Source: a virus. From it: DNA of 64,000 nucleotides. The first letter of the stretch is position 1. Each line of letters starts with the position of its first letter. A program made the position numbers and the translations under genes. The stretch covers positions 1-64,000 of the IMG/VR virus record IMGVR_UViG_3300042324_002009. One strand, written 5' to 3'. Positions 1 to 9,122 of the stretch are shown piece after piece. The notes below the pieces were generated by a model, which had not been told where the DNA came from, did not search any database, and saw only the letters and a list, made by a program, of their open reading frames with translations.

Positions 1-1
1 T

Positions 2-97
2 AAAGCTGGAGATTTTGATATTATTGCAGTAAATGACAAAACTAAACCAGAAGAGTCATTAATTTATTCAGGAACAGTAGAAACAACTAAATCCTAA
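2..97 (+). CDS. 3' end of a gene starting before the window (hypothetical protein)
   Basis: Open frame from nt 2 (KAGDFDIIAVNDKTKPEESLIYSGTVETTKS) ending in TAA at 95-97, converging on the minus-strand operon. Confidence 0.55.
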   Translation, partial: KAGDFDIIAVNDKTKPEESLIYSGTVETTKS

Positions 98-129
98 GTT
101 TTAAAAGTATATTAAATTAGAAAGGGGAT

Positions 130-531
130 TTATTGCCCCTTTTTTATTGTGTCTACTCCAGCAAGGTCCCCAATCTCTAATTCTGAATCAATTAGATGTG
201 GAACAAAGTCGATTGTTGTGTATGCAGTATTTAAGAACTTAACTGTATTGTTAATGTTACTTGCACTTAGTCCAGCATTAACATAAATTATTCGATTATA
301 TTTTCGATTTCTTACGTTAATAGCCTTATCTATTAATTTCTTAATTTCGTAATTAATTAAGAATGACTGTATTTTGTTAGGAACTAGAATGTCCTGATCA
401 AATTTTTCTTTAATGATTTTATTTACGTTTAGTAAGTAATCACATTTTTGTTTTTTAATAAAAATTTGAATGAATTGTTTTTGATCCTTTACGAAAATTA
501 TTTCGAGAGTACGATCTACTGAATCTATCAT
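130..531 (-). CDS. hypothetical protein
   Basis: 133-aa ORF, ATGA overlap with upstream dCMP deaminase; no recognised motif. Confidence 0.7.
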   Translation of the reverse strand: MIDSVDRTLEIIFVKDQKQFIQIFIKKQKCDYLLNVNKIIKEKFDQDILVPNKIQSFLINYEIKKLIDKAINVRNRKYNRIIYVNAGLSASNINNTVKFLNTAYTTIDFVPHLIDSELEIGDLAGVDTIKKGQ

Positions 532-983
532 ATTGAATCATGGTCGATTTTTTTAACCTCAATTCCAGCACGACGTAAAAAATCTAAGCCATTTATATCT
601 CGATATTCTTCAAGATATACAACTCGTTTAATACCTGATTGTAGAATTAATTTGCTACAGTCAGTACATGGGGAATAGGTAATATATAAGGTTGCACCAT
701 CACTACTTTGGGTAGATTTAGCGACTTTTGCTAATGCATTGGATTCGGCATGTAAAACATACCATTTAGTTTTATATTCTTTAAAAGAACCATCTTCATT
801 ATTAATAGCTTCTTCACATTCATTTTCAAAACCAGAAGGAGTTCCATTAAACCCATCTGATATGATTGTATTATTTTTTACAATTAATGCACCAACTTTT
901 TTTCTAGTTGCATGAGATAGCTCTGCCCAAACTTGGGCCATTTTAATGTAGGCTATATCTATTTTATGTTGCTTTTGATACAT
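528..983 (-). CDS. cd: dCMP deaminase
   Basis: KVGA, GFNGTP, HAESNA and PCTDC zinc-binding deaminase motifs. Confidence 0.95.
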   Translation of the reverse strand: MYQKQHKIDIAYIKMAQVWAELSHATRKKVGALIVKNNTIISDGFNGTPSGFENECEEAINNEDGSFKEYKTKWYVLHAESNALAKVAKSTQSSDGATLYITYSPCTDCSKLILQSGIKRVVYLEEYRDINGLDFLRRAGIEVKKIDHDSI

Positions 984-985
984 TC

Positions 986-1870
986 TTATTTAGATTGAAA
1001 AGTTTTATCATATATCCATTTAAAAATATCTTCTCCATCTTGGAATAGGATAATATCATTGGACTCTGAGGTGATTGCATTAAATAAGGTTTTAAAATCA
1101 GAGGTTTGACTGCCATCTATTTCAATTAAGTCTGATACGATTGGCGGTAGTGTTATTGAGGTAAATGGTTCAGCTAGCATTCTTGAAGCAAGGTCATAGT
1201 GTCTATCATAGACGTGATATGAATTTGCAACATGAGTATAGGTCCCTAATTCAAGATCTGGATAAAAATGCTTTAGATGAGATAAGATTTGCATTTGTAA
1301 TGAACAAAAGAAGGCTACGTCGGTTGCAGTACCCCAGATTGCATCATTACTTCTCATAAATACACTCATATAAAGTTTATTTTGTCTGATATGTAAATTT
1401 GCATACATTGTACAAACAAAATCTTTATTTGAAGAATATTGGTGTTTTGGTTTATTAAAGTGTAGTACGGCCTGTCTGGTATTCTGATCAGTTGCTAAGC
1501 TTTGAATTGCCCATTGGTATTGACTAATTGCGTGCTCATTTTTTTCAGTAAATATTAGGTTTCCATATGCTGAATTGACAGTTCCATCGATATTTTGAAT
1601 TTCTTCCCAGAACTTTGCCCATTTTGAAATAAATGCTGAATCATTACGGCCTGCATAATACCATAAAAACTCAGCCGCAATATATTTCTGCTGAGAACCT
1701 CTAACTGAATTTTCGTAAAGACACTGAGTTGGGTCTTCAATAACTAGAGCAACATCTAGTAATTCTTTACTAGTCGTGCCTCGTGCATTATTAACAAGTC
1801 CATAAGTTAATAAAAACTTAATAGAATCACGATATGCATCAGCAAATGTTAAACCTTTAAATATTATCAT
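986..1870 (-). CDS. thymidylate synthase-family enzyme, T4 gp42-like dCMP hydroxymethylase/methylase
   Basis: NSAYG, catalytic DFVCT, RSNDAIWGTATD (Asp at the ThyA Asn177 position) and SYHVY motifs. Confidence 0.8.
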   Translation of the reverse strand: MIIFKGLTFADAYRDSIKFLLTYGLVNNARGTTSKELLDVALVIEDPTQCLYENSVRGSQQKYIAAEFLWYYAGRNDSAFISKWAKFWEEIQNIDGTVNSAYGNLIFTEKNEHAISQYQWAIQSLATDQNTRQAVLHFNKPKHQYSSNKDFVCTMYANLHIRQNKLYMSVFMRSNDAIWGTATDVAFFCSLQMQILSHLKHFYPDLELGTYTHVANSYHVYDRHYDLASRMLAEPFTSITLPPIVSDLIEIDGSQTSDFKTLFNAITSESNDIILFQDGEDIFKWIYDKTFQSK

Positions 1871-1912
1871 ATTGTTTGTTAATTTTAATCAAACTCACCG
1901 TTAGATCTTATT

Positions 1913-1939
1913 AATATACTATGAAAATGAAAAAGGGTT
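1913..1939 (-). promoter_or_regulatory. putative non-late promoter (variant AACC-N16-GTATATT)
   Basis: Imperfect match to the recurrent AAAC-N16-GTAnAA motif, upstream of the TS-family gene. Confidence 0.45.
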
Positions 1940-1958
1940 AACTTAGTTAAGCCCTTTT
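1931..1958. terminator. hairpin, possible intrinsic terminator after the gp47-gp46 operon
   Basis: AAAAGGGTTAAC-TTA-GTTAAGCCCTTTT inverted repeat with one bulge; U-rich tail on the minus strand. Confidence 0.45.
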
Positions 1959-2047
1959 GCCATTAGCAGTATGAGTCCAGCAAACCATATGAGTATTATT
2001 GTAATAACTGCAATGTCTTTGAATTTAGATTTTTTAGATTTTTTCAT
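1943..2047 (-). CDS. small putative membrane peptide (34 aa), not in ORF track
   Basis: MKKSKKSKFKDIAVITIILIWFAGLILLMAKGLN: basic N-terminus plus one hydrophobic helix; starts 11 nt after the gp46 stop. Confidence 0.55.
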   Translation of the reverse strand: MKKSKKSKFKDIAVITIILIWFAGLILLMAKGLN

Positions 2048-2058
2048 GGGTTTATGTA

Positions 2059-3720
2059 TTAAATGATGGTTAGGTCTGAGAAATGATCAGTATTTTCAAC
2101 TTGGATTTTAGTATCAAAGTATTCTTCTGGCAATGGGTCATGTGAAATTACAAATACTGTCATATTATATTTCTTTGAAAACGTTTTAAGTAGATCAACT
2201 ACTCTAAATATTGAGTCAACGTCTAATGACGAAAATACTTCGTCTAAGAAAAGAAGATTTACTTTATTATGCTTTAGTTTAATTAGTTCAAGAATACATA
2301 AAAGTACAATTAAATTCATTTTCTTTTGTTCTCCAGAAGATAATGAGTCTGGCGAAACTTGCATACCTAAATGAGTAATGATTGGATTAAATTCTAAATC
2401 AAACTCAAATGCAAATTTGAATTCAAGCACCTTTGCTGTTTTTAAGATCTTTTTATTTAATAATGGAATAATTTGACTCATTAGCATACGCTTCATACCA
2501 TTATCAGATAGGATCATTTCCATTTCTTGCGAAACTTTTAATTTTTCAGTTTGAATAGCTAGACTATTACCAGCTGTACCGATTTCAGTTTCAATATTTT
2601 TTATTACTTCAACTAGATGTTTATCTGACGTCTGTTTACCTTGTTGAGATAATTGTTGGATTTCTCTTTTTACTGTAGAGACTTGAGCGTCAATTTTATA
2701 AAATCTATCCTTTGCTTTATTTTGGTTTGACTCTATTGACGATAAGTCAAATTCATTACTCTTAATTGTTTGAGAAATATCAGGAATAGAGGACTCTTGC
2801 GATTCTTTTAATTTTAATAATTTGTCCTTGATTTGACTATGAATTTCATCAGTTAAATCAGATAAACAATGAGGACATTTATTTTTATTGTAAAGATCAA
2901 GCTTCTTTTGTATTTCTGAAATATTTGCTCTAATTGTAGTTAATTCATCACGTGATGTTCTAACCATTGTTTGTATTTTTGAAAGCTCTGTTGTAAAACT
3001 ACCTGCTTCAATTCTAGCAGACTCTTTTAAATCAACTAATTTTTTTAATTCAATATTAAGCTCTTCAATTCTAGCAGTATTAGTTGCTTGAATTTCATTT
3101 TTTAAATTTTCAAGTTGATTAACTGATGATTCTAATAATCTTTGGTTACTTGCAATTGACGATTCAAGTGGAGTAATTTCGCCTTTAACGCGTTTAGTAT
3201 CTTCTTTAGATATTTTAGACATGTCATTAACAATATCTAGTCCAAAAATCTTATCAATAATTTGACGTTTATCTGCTGGGCTTAATTTAACAAAACTTTT
3301 AAAGTCATTTACTGATAAGCTGATTGTGTTTGAGAATACATTAAATGGTAATTTAGTTAATTCCTCTTCAATAAAATCGTCTACTCTTCGTTTATCTGGC
3401 AAATTATATTCAGCTCCATCAATTGAAAGCTTTGAGAAATTGGGTTCAAGACCACGCTCTATATCAATAAGTCTACCATTCCCTGTTGTAAATTTAATTT
3501 GGGTATAAGCATTCTTATTAATTCGGTTTGGGATTTCTTTAGTTTTACGAATTGCTGATTTTCCATAAATTGCAACAGTCAATGCATCAGAAATTGATGA
3601 TTTACCACTGCCGTTTTTACCCTGAACCAAAATTAATCTAGGCTCATCAGTAAATTTAAAAGTCTGTAATTTATTGCCGTATGAGCAAATATTTCTAAAG
3701 GAAAATTCGTGTATCTTCAT
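2059..3720 (-). CDS. gp46: gp46/SbcC/Rad50-like recombination ATPase
   Basis: Walker A GKNGSGKS, coiled coil with CPHC zinc hook, LSSGE signature, LFLDEVFSSLD, ISH. Confidence 0.95.
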   Translation of the reverse strand: MKIHEFSFRNICSYGNKLQTFKFTDEPRLILVQGKNGSGKSSISDALTVAIYGKSAIRKTKEIPNRINKNAYTQIKFTTGNGRLIDIERGLEPNFSKLSIDGAEYNLPDKRRVDDFIEEELTKLPFNVFSNTISLSVNDFKSFVKLSPADKRQIIDKIFGLDIVNDMSKISKEDTKRVKGEITPLESSIASNQRLLESSVNQLENLKNEIQATNTARIEELNIELKKLVDLKESARIEAGSFTTELSKIQTMVRTSRDELTTIRANISEIQKKLDLYNKNKCPHCLSDLTDEIHSQIKDKLLKLKESQESSIPDISQTIKSNEFDLSSIESNQNKAKDRFYKIDAQVSTVKREIQQLSQQGKQTSDKHLVEVIKNIETEIGTAGNSLAIQTEKLKVSQEMEMILSDNGMKRMLMSQIIPLLNKKILKTAKVLEFKFAFEFDLEFNPIITHLGMQVSPDSLSSGEQKKMNLIVLLCILELIKLKHNKVNLLFLDEVFSSLDVDSIFRVVDLLKTFSKKYNMTVFVISHDPLPEEYFDTKIQVENTDHFSDLTII

Positions 3721-4214
3721 TAATTTAAAAAATAGGTAAGTTCTTGATCTGGGTCAATATCTTGTACTGTATAGAATTTATATAGTTTTTTCTCAGAATC
3801 ATAATCCCAATTGATATTAGGAGACGTGGATTTTCTGTAAATTGAGCCAAAGCCTAATAGGATTGCATGAGAATCGATATGCAACATTTTATTTGGATTG
3901 ATTACATCATATACAATTGCTTTAAATTGCTCTGCTGAAATAAGACCGCGATCTAGCCTCTCCTGTAAATTAAGATCTGCCAGTTTTTCAGCAATCTCGC
4001 GCTCTTTATTAAGACCGTCTGGATTAACAAACAGCCGGTTATCTAATACTTGATCGTGGTTTTTAAGTAAAAGTTGAGTTTTTTGGCTTATTGGAATCCA
4101 TGCACAAAACTCAATGGTTGAATTTCTATAAATTTGAGCACTACTAAATACGCCAAATTCTTTAGAATTTATAGGCTTTACATATAAACTAGATAGGATG
4201 CTTGGGTTACTCAT
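3720..4214 (-). CDS. SET-domain protein with degenerate catalytic motifs
   Basis: FGVFS...I near N-terminus, GFGSIYRKSTSPN (cf. NHSxxPN), QDIDPDQELTY (cf. DIxxGEELTxxY). Confidence 0.7.
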   Translation of the reverse strand: MSNPSILSSLYVKPINSKEFGVFSSAQIYRNSTIEFCAWIPISQKTQLLLKNHDQVLDNRLFVNPDGLNKEREIAEKLADLNLQERLDRGLISAEQFKAIVYDVINPNKMLHIDSHAILLGFGSIYRKSTSPNINWDYDSEKKLYKFYTVQDIDPDQELTYFLN

Positions 4215-5319
4215 CGGCTGATTGTTGTTTTACTAAATTATGAATTTCTATAAATTTTTGAGCTAATTCAGTTTTAAAAGTTTGTGAATAGTCTTTTGTC
4301 TTTATGTAGCTTTTAAATATATCAATAACATTAAATTGATCTTCTGGATTAAAGTCAGTTGAGGTAGACTCATCTGTTACCTGATCGACATATGTAAAAA
4401 ATTCAACTTTTCTATGAGTTGATTTTGAAATAAGTTCCAAAAATCTAGTTACTGAGAATTTATTAACAAAATTTACACTAATCATAATATCAACAAATGA
4501 ATTATTTAATTTTTCAATTACGTCATTTGCTGGCATTTCCAATAGTTCAAATATATCAAATTTCTTATAGACTGGAGATTGAGTATTTTCAATAAATTTC
4601 TCAGTTAATTTTTGAGAAGACACATCTAATTGATAAAAACCTTTAGTATTATCACGATCTCCTCTATCCATTTGGTATGGTGTTCCAGTATAGAGAACAT
4701 TTTTAAATTCTTGACGATGATGAATATGGCCAGCATAAACACGTTTATAAGAAGATAACATATCTACTTCAATTCCATGTTCAACCTTTGTCCATTTATT
4801 AAAGCTAAGACCCTTAATGTCTGCATGACAAATAATATATTCACATAAATCTTTGTGGTCAGTTATTATTTGGTTTAAACGATTAGTGTCTTCAACCCAA
4901 GGTAACATTAAAAAGTTATGGGAACCGTTAATTGTAATAATTTCAGGATTTTCAAATACATGAATATTATCAGCAATATGTGAAATTGCTTTTAAAGAGT
5001 GAACAACGTTTCTATCTTTATAATAGACGTCATGGTTTCCAATAATGATATAGATACCTCTTTTAAATTTCTCAGAAAGCTTTTTAAAAATAGTTAAGGC
5101 TTCATCGTGTACTCGAACATTAATTGATTCACGCGAATGAAATACGTCGCCTTCTAAAAATAACACATCTCGGTCTTCATCAAAATCTTCATCTACTTTA
5201 TTAATTAAAAAGTCCAATAGAAAATCCTTTTGTATTTGAATCCATTCTATTGAATTATTTTTTATTCCTAAATGTAAATCACCAACTAGTGTTATTTTTC
5301 GAATATTTGTAAGCTTCAT
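4207..5319 (-). CDS. gp47: gp47/SbcD/Mre11-like nuclease
   Basis: Metallophosphoesterase motifs GDLHLG, GDVFH, GNHD, GHIH, YTGTP. Confidence 0.95.
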   Translation of the reverse strand: MKLTNIRKITLVGDLHLGIKNNSIEWIQIQKDFLLDFLINKVDEDFDEDRDVLFLEGDVFHSRESINVRVHDEALTIFKKLSEKFKRGIYIIIGNHDVYYKDRNVVHSLKAISHIADNIHVFENPEIITINGSHNFLMLPWVEDTNRLNQIITDHKDLCEYIICHADIKGLSFNKWTKVEHGIEVDMLSSYKRVYAGHIHHRQEFKNVLYTGTPYQMDRGDRDNTKGFYQLDVSSQKLTEKFIENTQSPVYKKFDIFELLEMPANDVIEKLNNSFVDIMISVNFVNKFSVTRFLELISKSTHRKVEFFTYVDQVTDESTSTDFNPEDQFNVIDIFKSYIKTKDYSQTFKTELAQKFIEIHNLVKQQSADE

Positions 5320-5320
5320 T

Positions 5321-5992
5321 TTAAAATATTTTATAGTTCTTACCCATGCTATCTAAAAATCCGTATTTACTATTTAATTCAACTAACAAAAGTTCCTTAT
5401 TTTCATAAGTTAACATATCGAATATTTTTTTATATTCCATATTAAGAGTTGAAGAAATTGATTCAAGTACTTGGATTGGGCTAATGAATACGGTTGTATT
5501 TGTTCCAGTACTCAACCCATTTAAAATTATACCAAATATTTGGTTAATTTGTACTTTTGTAAATTTCTGCTTTTCAGGCTCATCGCCTAGGATCTCCTGC
5601 AGTTCAGAGCAACCTTTGATAAAGTTATATATGTCTCTTTGTACAATAGTATAGTCTACGTGATCAGAATATCGGTCTGGGTCAGACATTGAATGCGCAG
5701 CTGAACCACTTTCTAACTTAATAGCTGAACCTGAAGTTGGCGAATTATTATCGTCTTCATCATTATGTTCGTATCCTAAATTATAAGTATTTCCAAAAAT
5801 CTTATCATTTCTTTTTAGGTCAGAATAGGCAAGTTTACGGCGTTCTAATTCGTCTTCGTCATAGTCTCCTTCAATTAATCCATCCTCTTCAATAATGTCG
5901 TCTTCGTTGTCAAATTCTAAGGTATCGTCTTGTTCAACGGTTAAATCATTATCTAGATCTGAAAAATCGTCTGGGTGTTTTCTTGGTGCCAT
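5321..5992 (-). CDS. hypothetical protein with very acidic N-terminus
   Basis: 223-aa ORF in operon between helicase and gp47; D/E-rich first 50 aa. Confidence 0.75.
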   Translation of the reverse strand: MAPRKHPDDFSDLDNDLTVEQDDTLEFDNEDDIIEEDGLIEGDYDEDELERRKLAYSDLKRNDKIFGNTYNLGYEHNDEDDNNSPTSGSAIKLESGSAAHSMSDPDRYSDHVDYTIVQRDIYNFIKGCSELQEILGDEPEKQKFTKVQINQIFGIILNGLSTGTNTTVFISPIQVLESISSTLNMEYKKIFDMLTYENKELLLVELNSKYGFLDSMGKNYKIF

Positions 5993-6008
5993 TTGTGTAT
6001 TTGTATTT

Positions 6009-7544
6009 TTATATCGAATTTAGCAGATCATCATAATCCGCAGAAGTTCGATGGGCTTGGACTGGTACTGGCATGGCTAGTGCAACATCCATTGGTATTA
6101 AATTTTGAGGTAAAGTTGTAGTATTCGTATGAGCAGTTTGATATTGAGTTCTCATTTGATTTTCAAGAGACTGAGTATCATCGTCATCTGAATAAAATTC
6201 GCTAGCTGGATCGTATTCTTCAGTTAGTTTAGCAAACTCATAACTCATTCTATACATTTTAAAACTTTCAGTATAGCCACCATCTCTATTTGCAATTAAC
6301 TTAATTTTCATACGCTTTTCCATAGGTCCACGAATTAATCCAAATAGAGAATCTACTGTGTGTACTAGACCAAATGATTCAGCAATATCTGACATACTTA
6401 AGTCCTGATCATCAACTGCATCTCGTTTAATTTGCGTTGCTGTAATAATACACCATTCATTTCGGATTGCAACTGCTCTAAGTTCTTCAGAAATAACCTT
6501 GATCTTTTCATAAGTATTGCCTTGCTCACGAAGAGGTCTCATTAAGTTAATATAGTCAACTACAATTACGGTAAATTTAATTCCAGAATTTTGTTGAACT
6601 TTTAAAAAGTAATTTTCTACATCAATTGCTGAGGCAGTTCCAGTAGGAAATTCCTTAACGATTAATTGGCCAAGCTGAGGCATATCTAACTTAAGCTTTT
6701 GTATTTTACTAGTAACTTCAGACACTTGATTATTATCTAGCATTGAATCATAGTCCTTAAACGGAATGCTTAATATGCTTGAACCAAGCCTCTTCATGTA
6801 TTTACGATCAGACAATTCAAGCGTTCCAATTCCTACATGACAACCTGCCATAAATGCTCTGGCTGCAATATTTGAAAGAACCATTGATTTACCTACTTTA
6901 GGCCTTCCTTGAAAAACTACTAACGTTTTTGGATTCCAACCGCCGCCTAAGGTTTTATCAAAGAATGGGAAGCCTGTTGGATTTCCAATTTTTGAAAGTT
7001 GAACGTGATCAATTGAGGTAAAAAAGTTTAGGCCGGATTCAGCGCTAGTAAATGAAACGTTTAATTTGCTATTAAATTTTTCTCTAACATCATTTGTAAT
7101 TAATTCAACATTCTCCGGATTAATATCGGTTGTCTTTAAATACGACAATACATCAATTACTGATGCATTTAAGTTTTTATAGAAAATAAAAGCTTTTGTG
7201 TATTTAAAAAGAAACTCATAATTATAACTAGATAAGTCTACTTCAAATAGTGAATTAAATTTTTGTTCTGAAATATCTAGATTTGAAAGATTTGCAATTT
7301 GGCGTAATTCATTTCGAGTTGGAATTTTAGAATATTCAATGAACCATTTTTTAGCTTCACGATATAGTCTTTGTAGGGTATCATCGTTAAAGTAATGAGC
7401 TTTAATTAATGGAATAACTTCTCGCTTGTCTAATGAGTCAAAGTTCTTAGGTTTAATGATTACATCATTATCGTCTTCGGTTAGAACAAAGTTAAAAATT
7501 ATTTTTTCGAGAAGCTCAATGTTCTCTTTGAAATCTATCATCAT
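6009..7544 (-). CDS. gp41: gp41/DnaB-like replicative helicase
   Basis: PTGF..FD...GGW, Walker A GRPKVGKS, VVDYINLM, TATQ, IAESFGL. Confidence 0.93.
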   Translation of the reverse strand: MMIDFKENIELLEKIIFNFVLTEDDNDVIIKPKNFDSLDKREVIPLIKAHYFNDDTLQRLYREAKKWFIEYSKIPTRNELRQIANLSNLDISEQKFNSLFEVDLSSYNYEFLFKYTKAFIFYKNLNASVIDVLSYLKTTDINPENVELITNDVREKFNSKLNVSFTSAESGLNFFTSIDHVQLSKIGNPTGFPFFDKTLGGGWNPKTLVVFQGRPKVGKSMVLSNIAARAFMAGCHVGIGTLELSDRKYMKRLGSSILSIPFKDYDSMLDNNQVSEVTSKIQKLKLDMPQLGQLIVKEFPTGTASAIDVENYFLKVQQNSGIKFTVIVVDYINLMRPLREQGNTYEKIKVISEELRAVAIRNEWCIITATQIKRDAVDDQDLSMSDIAESFGLVHTVDSLFGLIRGPMEKRMKIKLIANRDGGYTESFKMYRMSYEFAKLTEEYDPASEFYSDDDDTQSLENQMRTQYQTAHTNTTTLPQNLIPMDVALAMPVPVQAHRTSADYDDLLNSI

Positions 7545-7550
7545 ATTTTT

Positions 7551-7889
7551 TTAATTCGAAATTATATAAAATTTTAAAAATTCAGATTGGTCAATTATTA
7601 TAAATTCACCTTTCTTAATTAGGATATTGTCTTCTATTAAGTCTTTCATTAATAGTTTTAGTTTTTCTAAAAATTCAGCAGTTAGTTTATCTCCAAATAC
7701 ATATTTTAGAGTCTTTGTTGAAAACTTAATATCTTCTAGGTCAAATTCTTTAGATTTGACTTGAGTAACTTTGACAATGTATGACAGGATATCGAATACA
7801 AAGTCTTGCCTAGTTGGATAGCTAGGCAAGGCTGTATGCGACTCTAGTAAGTATTTAAGAGGAATATTTGGCTGTAATTTAAAGGTCAT
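7551..7889 (-). CDS. hypothetical protein
   Basis: 112-aa ORF overlapping the uvsX stop; same position as T4 gp40 but no recognised similarity. Confidence 0.7.
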   Translation of the reverse strand: MTFKLQPNIPLKYLLESHTALPSYPTRQDFVFDILSYIVKVTQVKSKEFDLEDIKFSTKTLKYVFGDKLTAEFLEKLKLLMKDLIEDNILIKKGEFIIIDQSEFLKFYIISN

Positions 7890-9069
7890 TATCAGAATCA
7901 GTTAAATCTTCTAATTCGTCTATTTCCATTTCGTCTATTCCATCTTGTGTTTCAGGGAATTTAAACGTAGGCTTAATTGTAGTTTCGTCTAACTGCGTTA
8001 ATACTTCATGAGTAAATAACCTAGCTGAGAAAAATTCTTTAACTGGAACAGCATCACCATTATGCTTAATGATATAGGTTTTTCCAAGTTTTTTTGGTAG
8101 AAAATAGAAAGTCTCTCCAGCTACTTCAAATTTTGAACATAATTCAGATTCGTCTGGTTTTAGTTTAGAGAATTCCTTTTCAGTTAACTTATTACCTCTA
8201 CCTACTCCACATGATTCCCAATTAACATATTGTTCAAGGCCTACAAATTGATTCATACCTTTATGGAATGAAATATGGAATTCAATATCAATAGGTCGAG
8301 CTAAACGATTCTTTTTAGTTTTAGAACGAACAATAATTCCAGTAGTGGTTTTAGCTTCATCACGAAGAGTTCCTTTACTCAACATTAAGATAATTGATGC
8401 AGAGAATTCTGGACCTCCACCGCCTGACATACCCTTTGGCGTATATTGATCCATTGAGGCATATGTGTGGTTTGTAAAAATAAATGGAACTTTATAATTT
8501 GAAAGATCCAAAGTTAATGATTTGAATAGTGACCTCATTTCTTTTGCACGAAGTCCCATATCTGCAGCGTTTTTACCTGCATCCATATCACGTTGACTTT
8601 TATCAGTATCAAGCATGCCTACTGAATCTACAAATAGTGCAATCTTAAGTCCTGGATTCTCCTTAATTGTTTCAATTAAGTCATGCACATAAAATTTAAC
8701 TTCGCTAATAAGACCCATACGTAAATATTTTAATTTACTTAAGTCTACTCCAAATTTAACATAGTCACTTGAATCAATTGCACCTTCAGTGTCAATATAA
8801 ATTACCATGTAATCCATTTTTTGTAATTCACGAACTGCATTTAAACATAGGAATGTTTTACCTGAACCTGAATCTCCAGCAATTCCAATACTTCGAGTAT
8901 TAGGATAACCTCCAAATAAGGATCCTGACATTTGTGCATTTAATAAGTAATTTCCAGTTGGAATGTACTCTTCAATATCAGAGAAGCCTCTGATTTCAAT
9001 TTTTGATTTGACTTTTTTCTCGAGCAAGTCGTTAAACTTGGCGAATGCGTCCATTGTTGATTTTGCCAT
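7879..9069 (-). CDS. uvsX: UvsX/RecA-like recombinase
   Basis: GDSGSGKT, DTEGA, VDSVG, NHTY, SGGGG motifs; acidic C-terminal tail. Confidence 0.95.
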   Translation of the reverse strand: MAKSTMDAFAKFNDLLEKKVKSKIEIRGFSDIEEYIPTGNYLLNAQMSGSLFGGYPNTRSIGIAGDSGSGKTFLCLNAVRELQKMDYMVIYIDTEGAIDSSDYVKFGVDLSKLKYLRMGLISEVKFYVHDLIETIKENPGLKIALFVDSVGMLDTDKSQRDMDAGKNAADMGLRAKEMRSLFKSLTLDLSNYKVPFIFTNHTYASMDQYTPKGMSGGGGPEFSASIILMLSKGTLRDEAKTTTGIIVRSKTKKNRLARPIDIEFHISFHKGMNQFVGLEQYVNWESCGVGRGNKLTEKEFSKLKPDESELCSKFEVAGETFYFLPKKLGKTYIIKHNGDAVPVKEFFSARLFTHEVLTQLDETTIKPTFKFPETQDGIDEMEIDELEDLTDSDNDL

Positions 9070-9094
9070 GTGTATAAAATTAATATTTTAGTAT

Positions 9095-9122
9095 CTTTTA
9101 CAAAGGATACTAAAATGGGTTT
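9095..9122 (-). promoter_or_regulatory. putative non-late promoter (AAAC-N17-GTAAAAG) overlapped by an 11-bp inverted repeat
   Basis: Motif upstream of uvsX; ATTTTAGTATC (9085-9095) / GATACTAAAAT (9106-9116). Confidence 0.5.
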
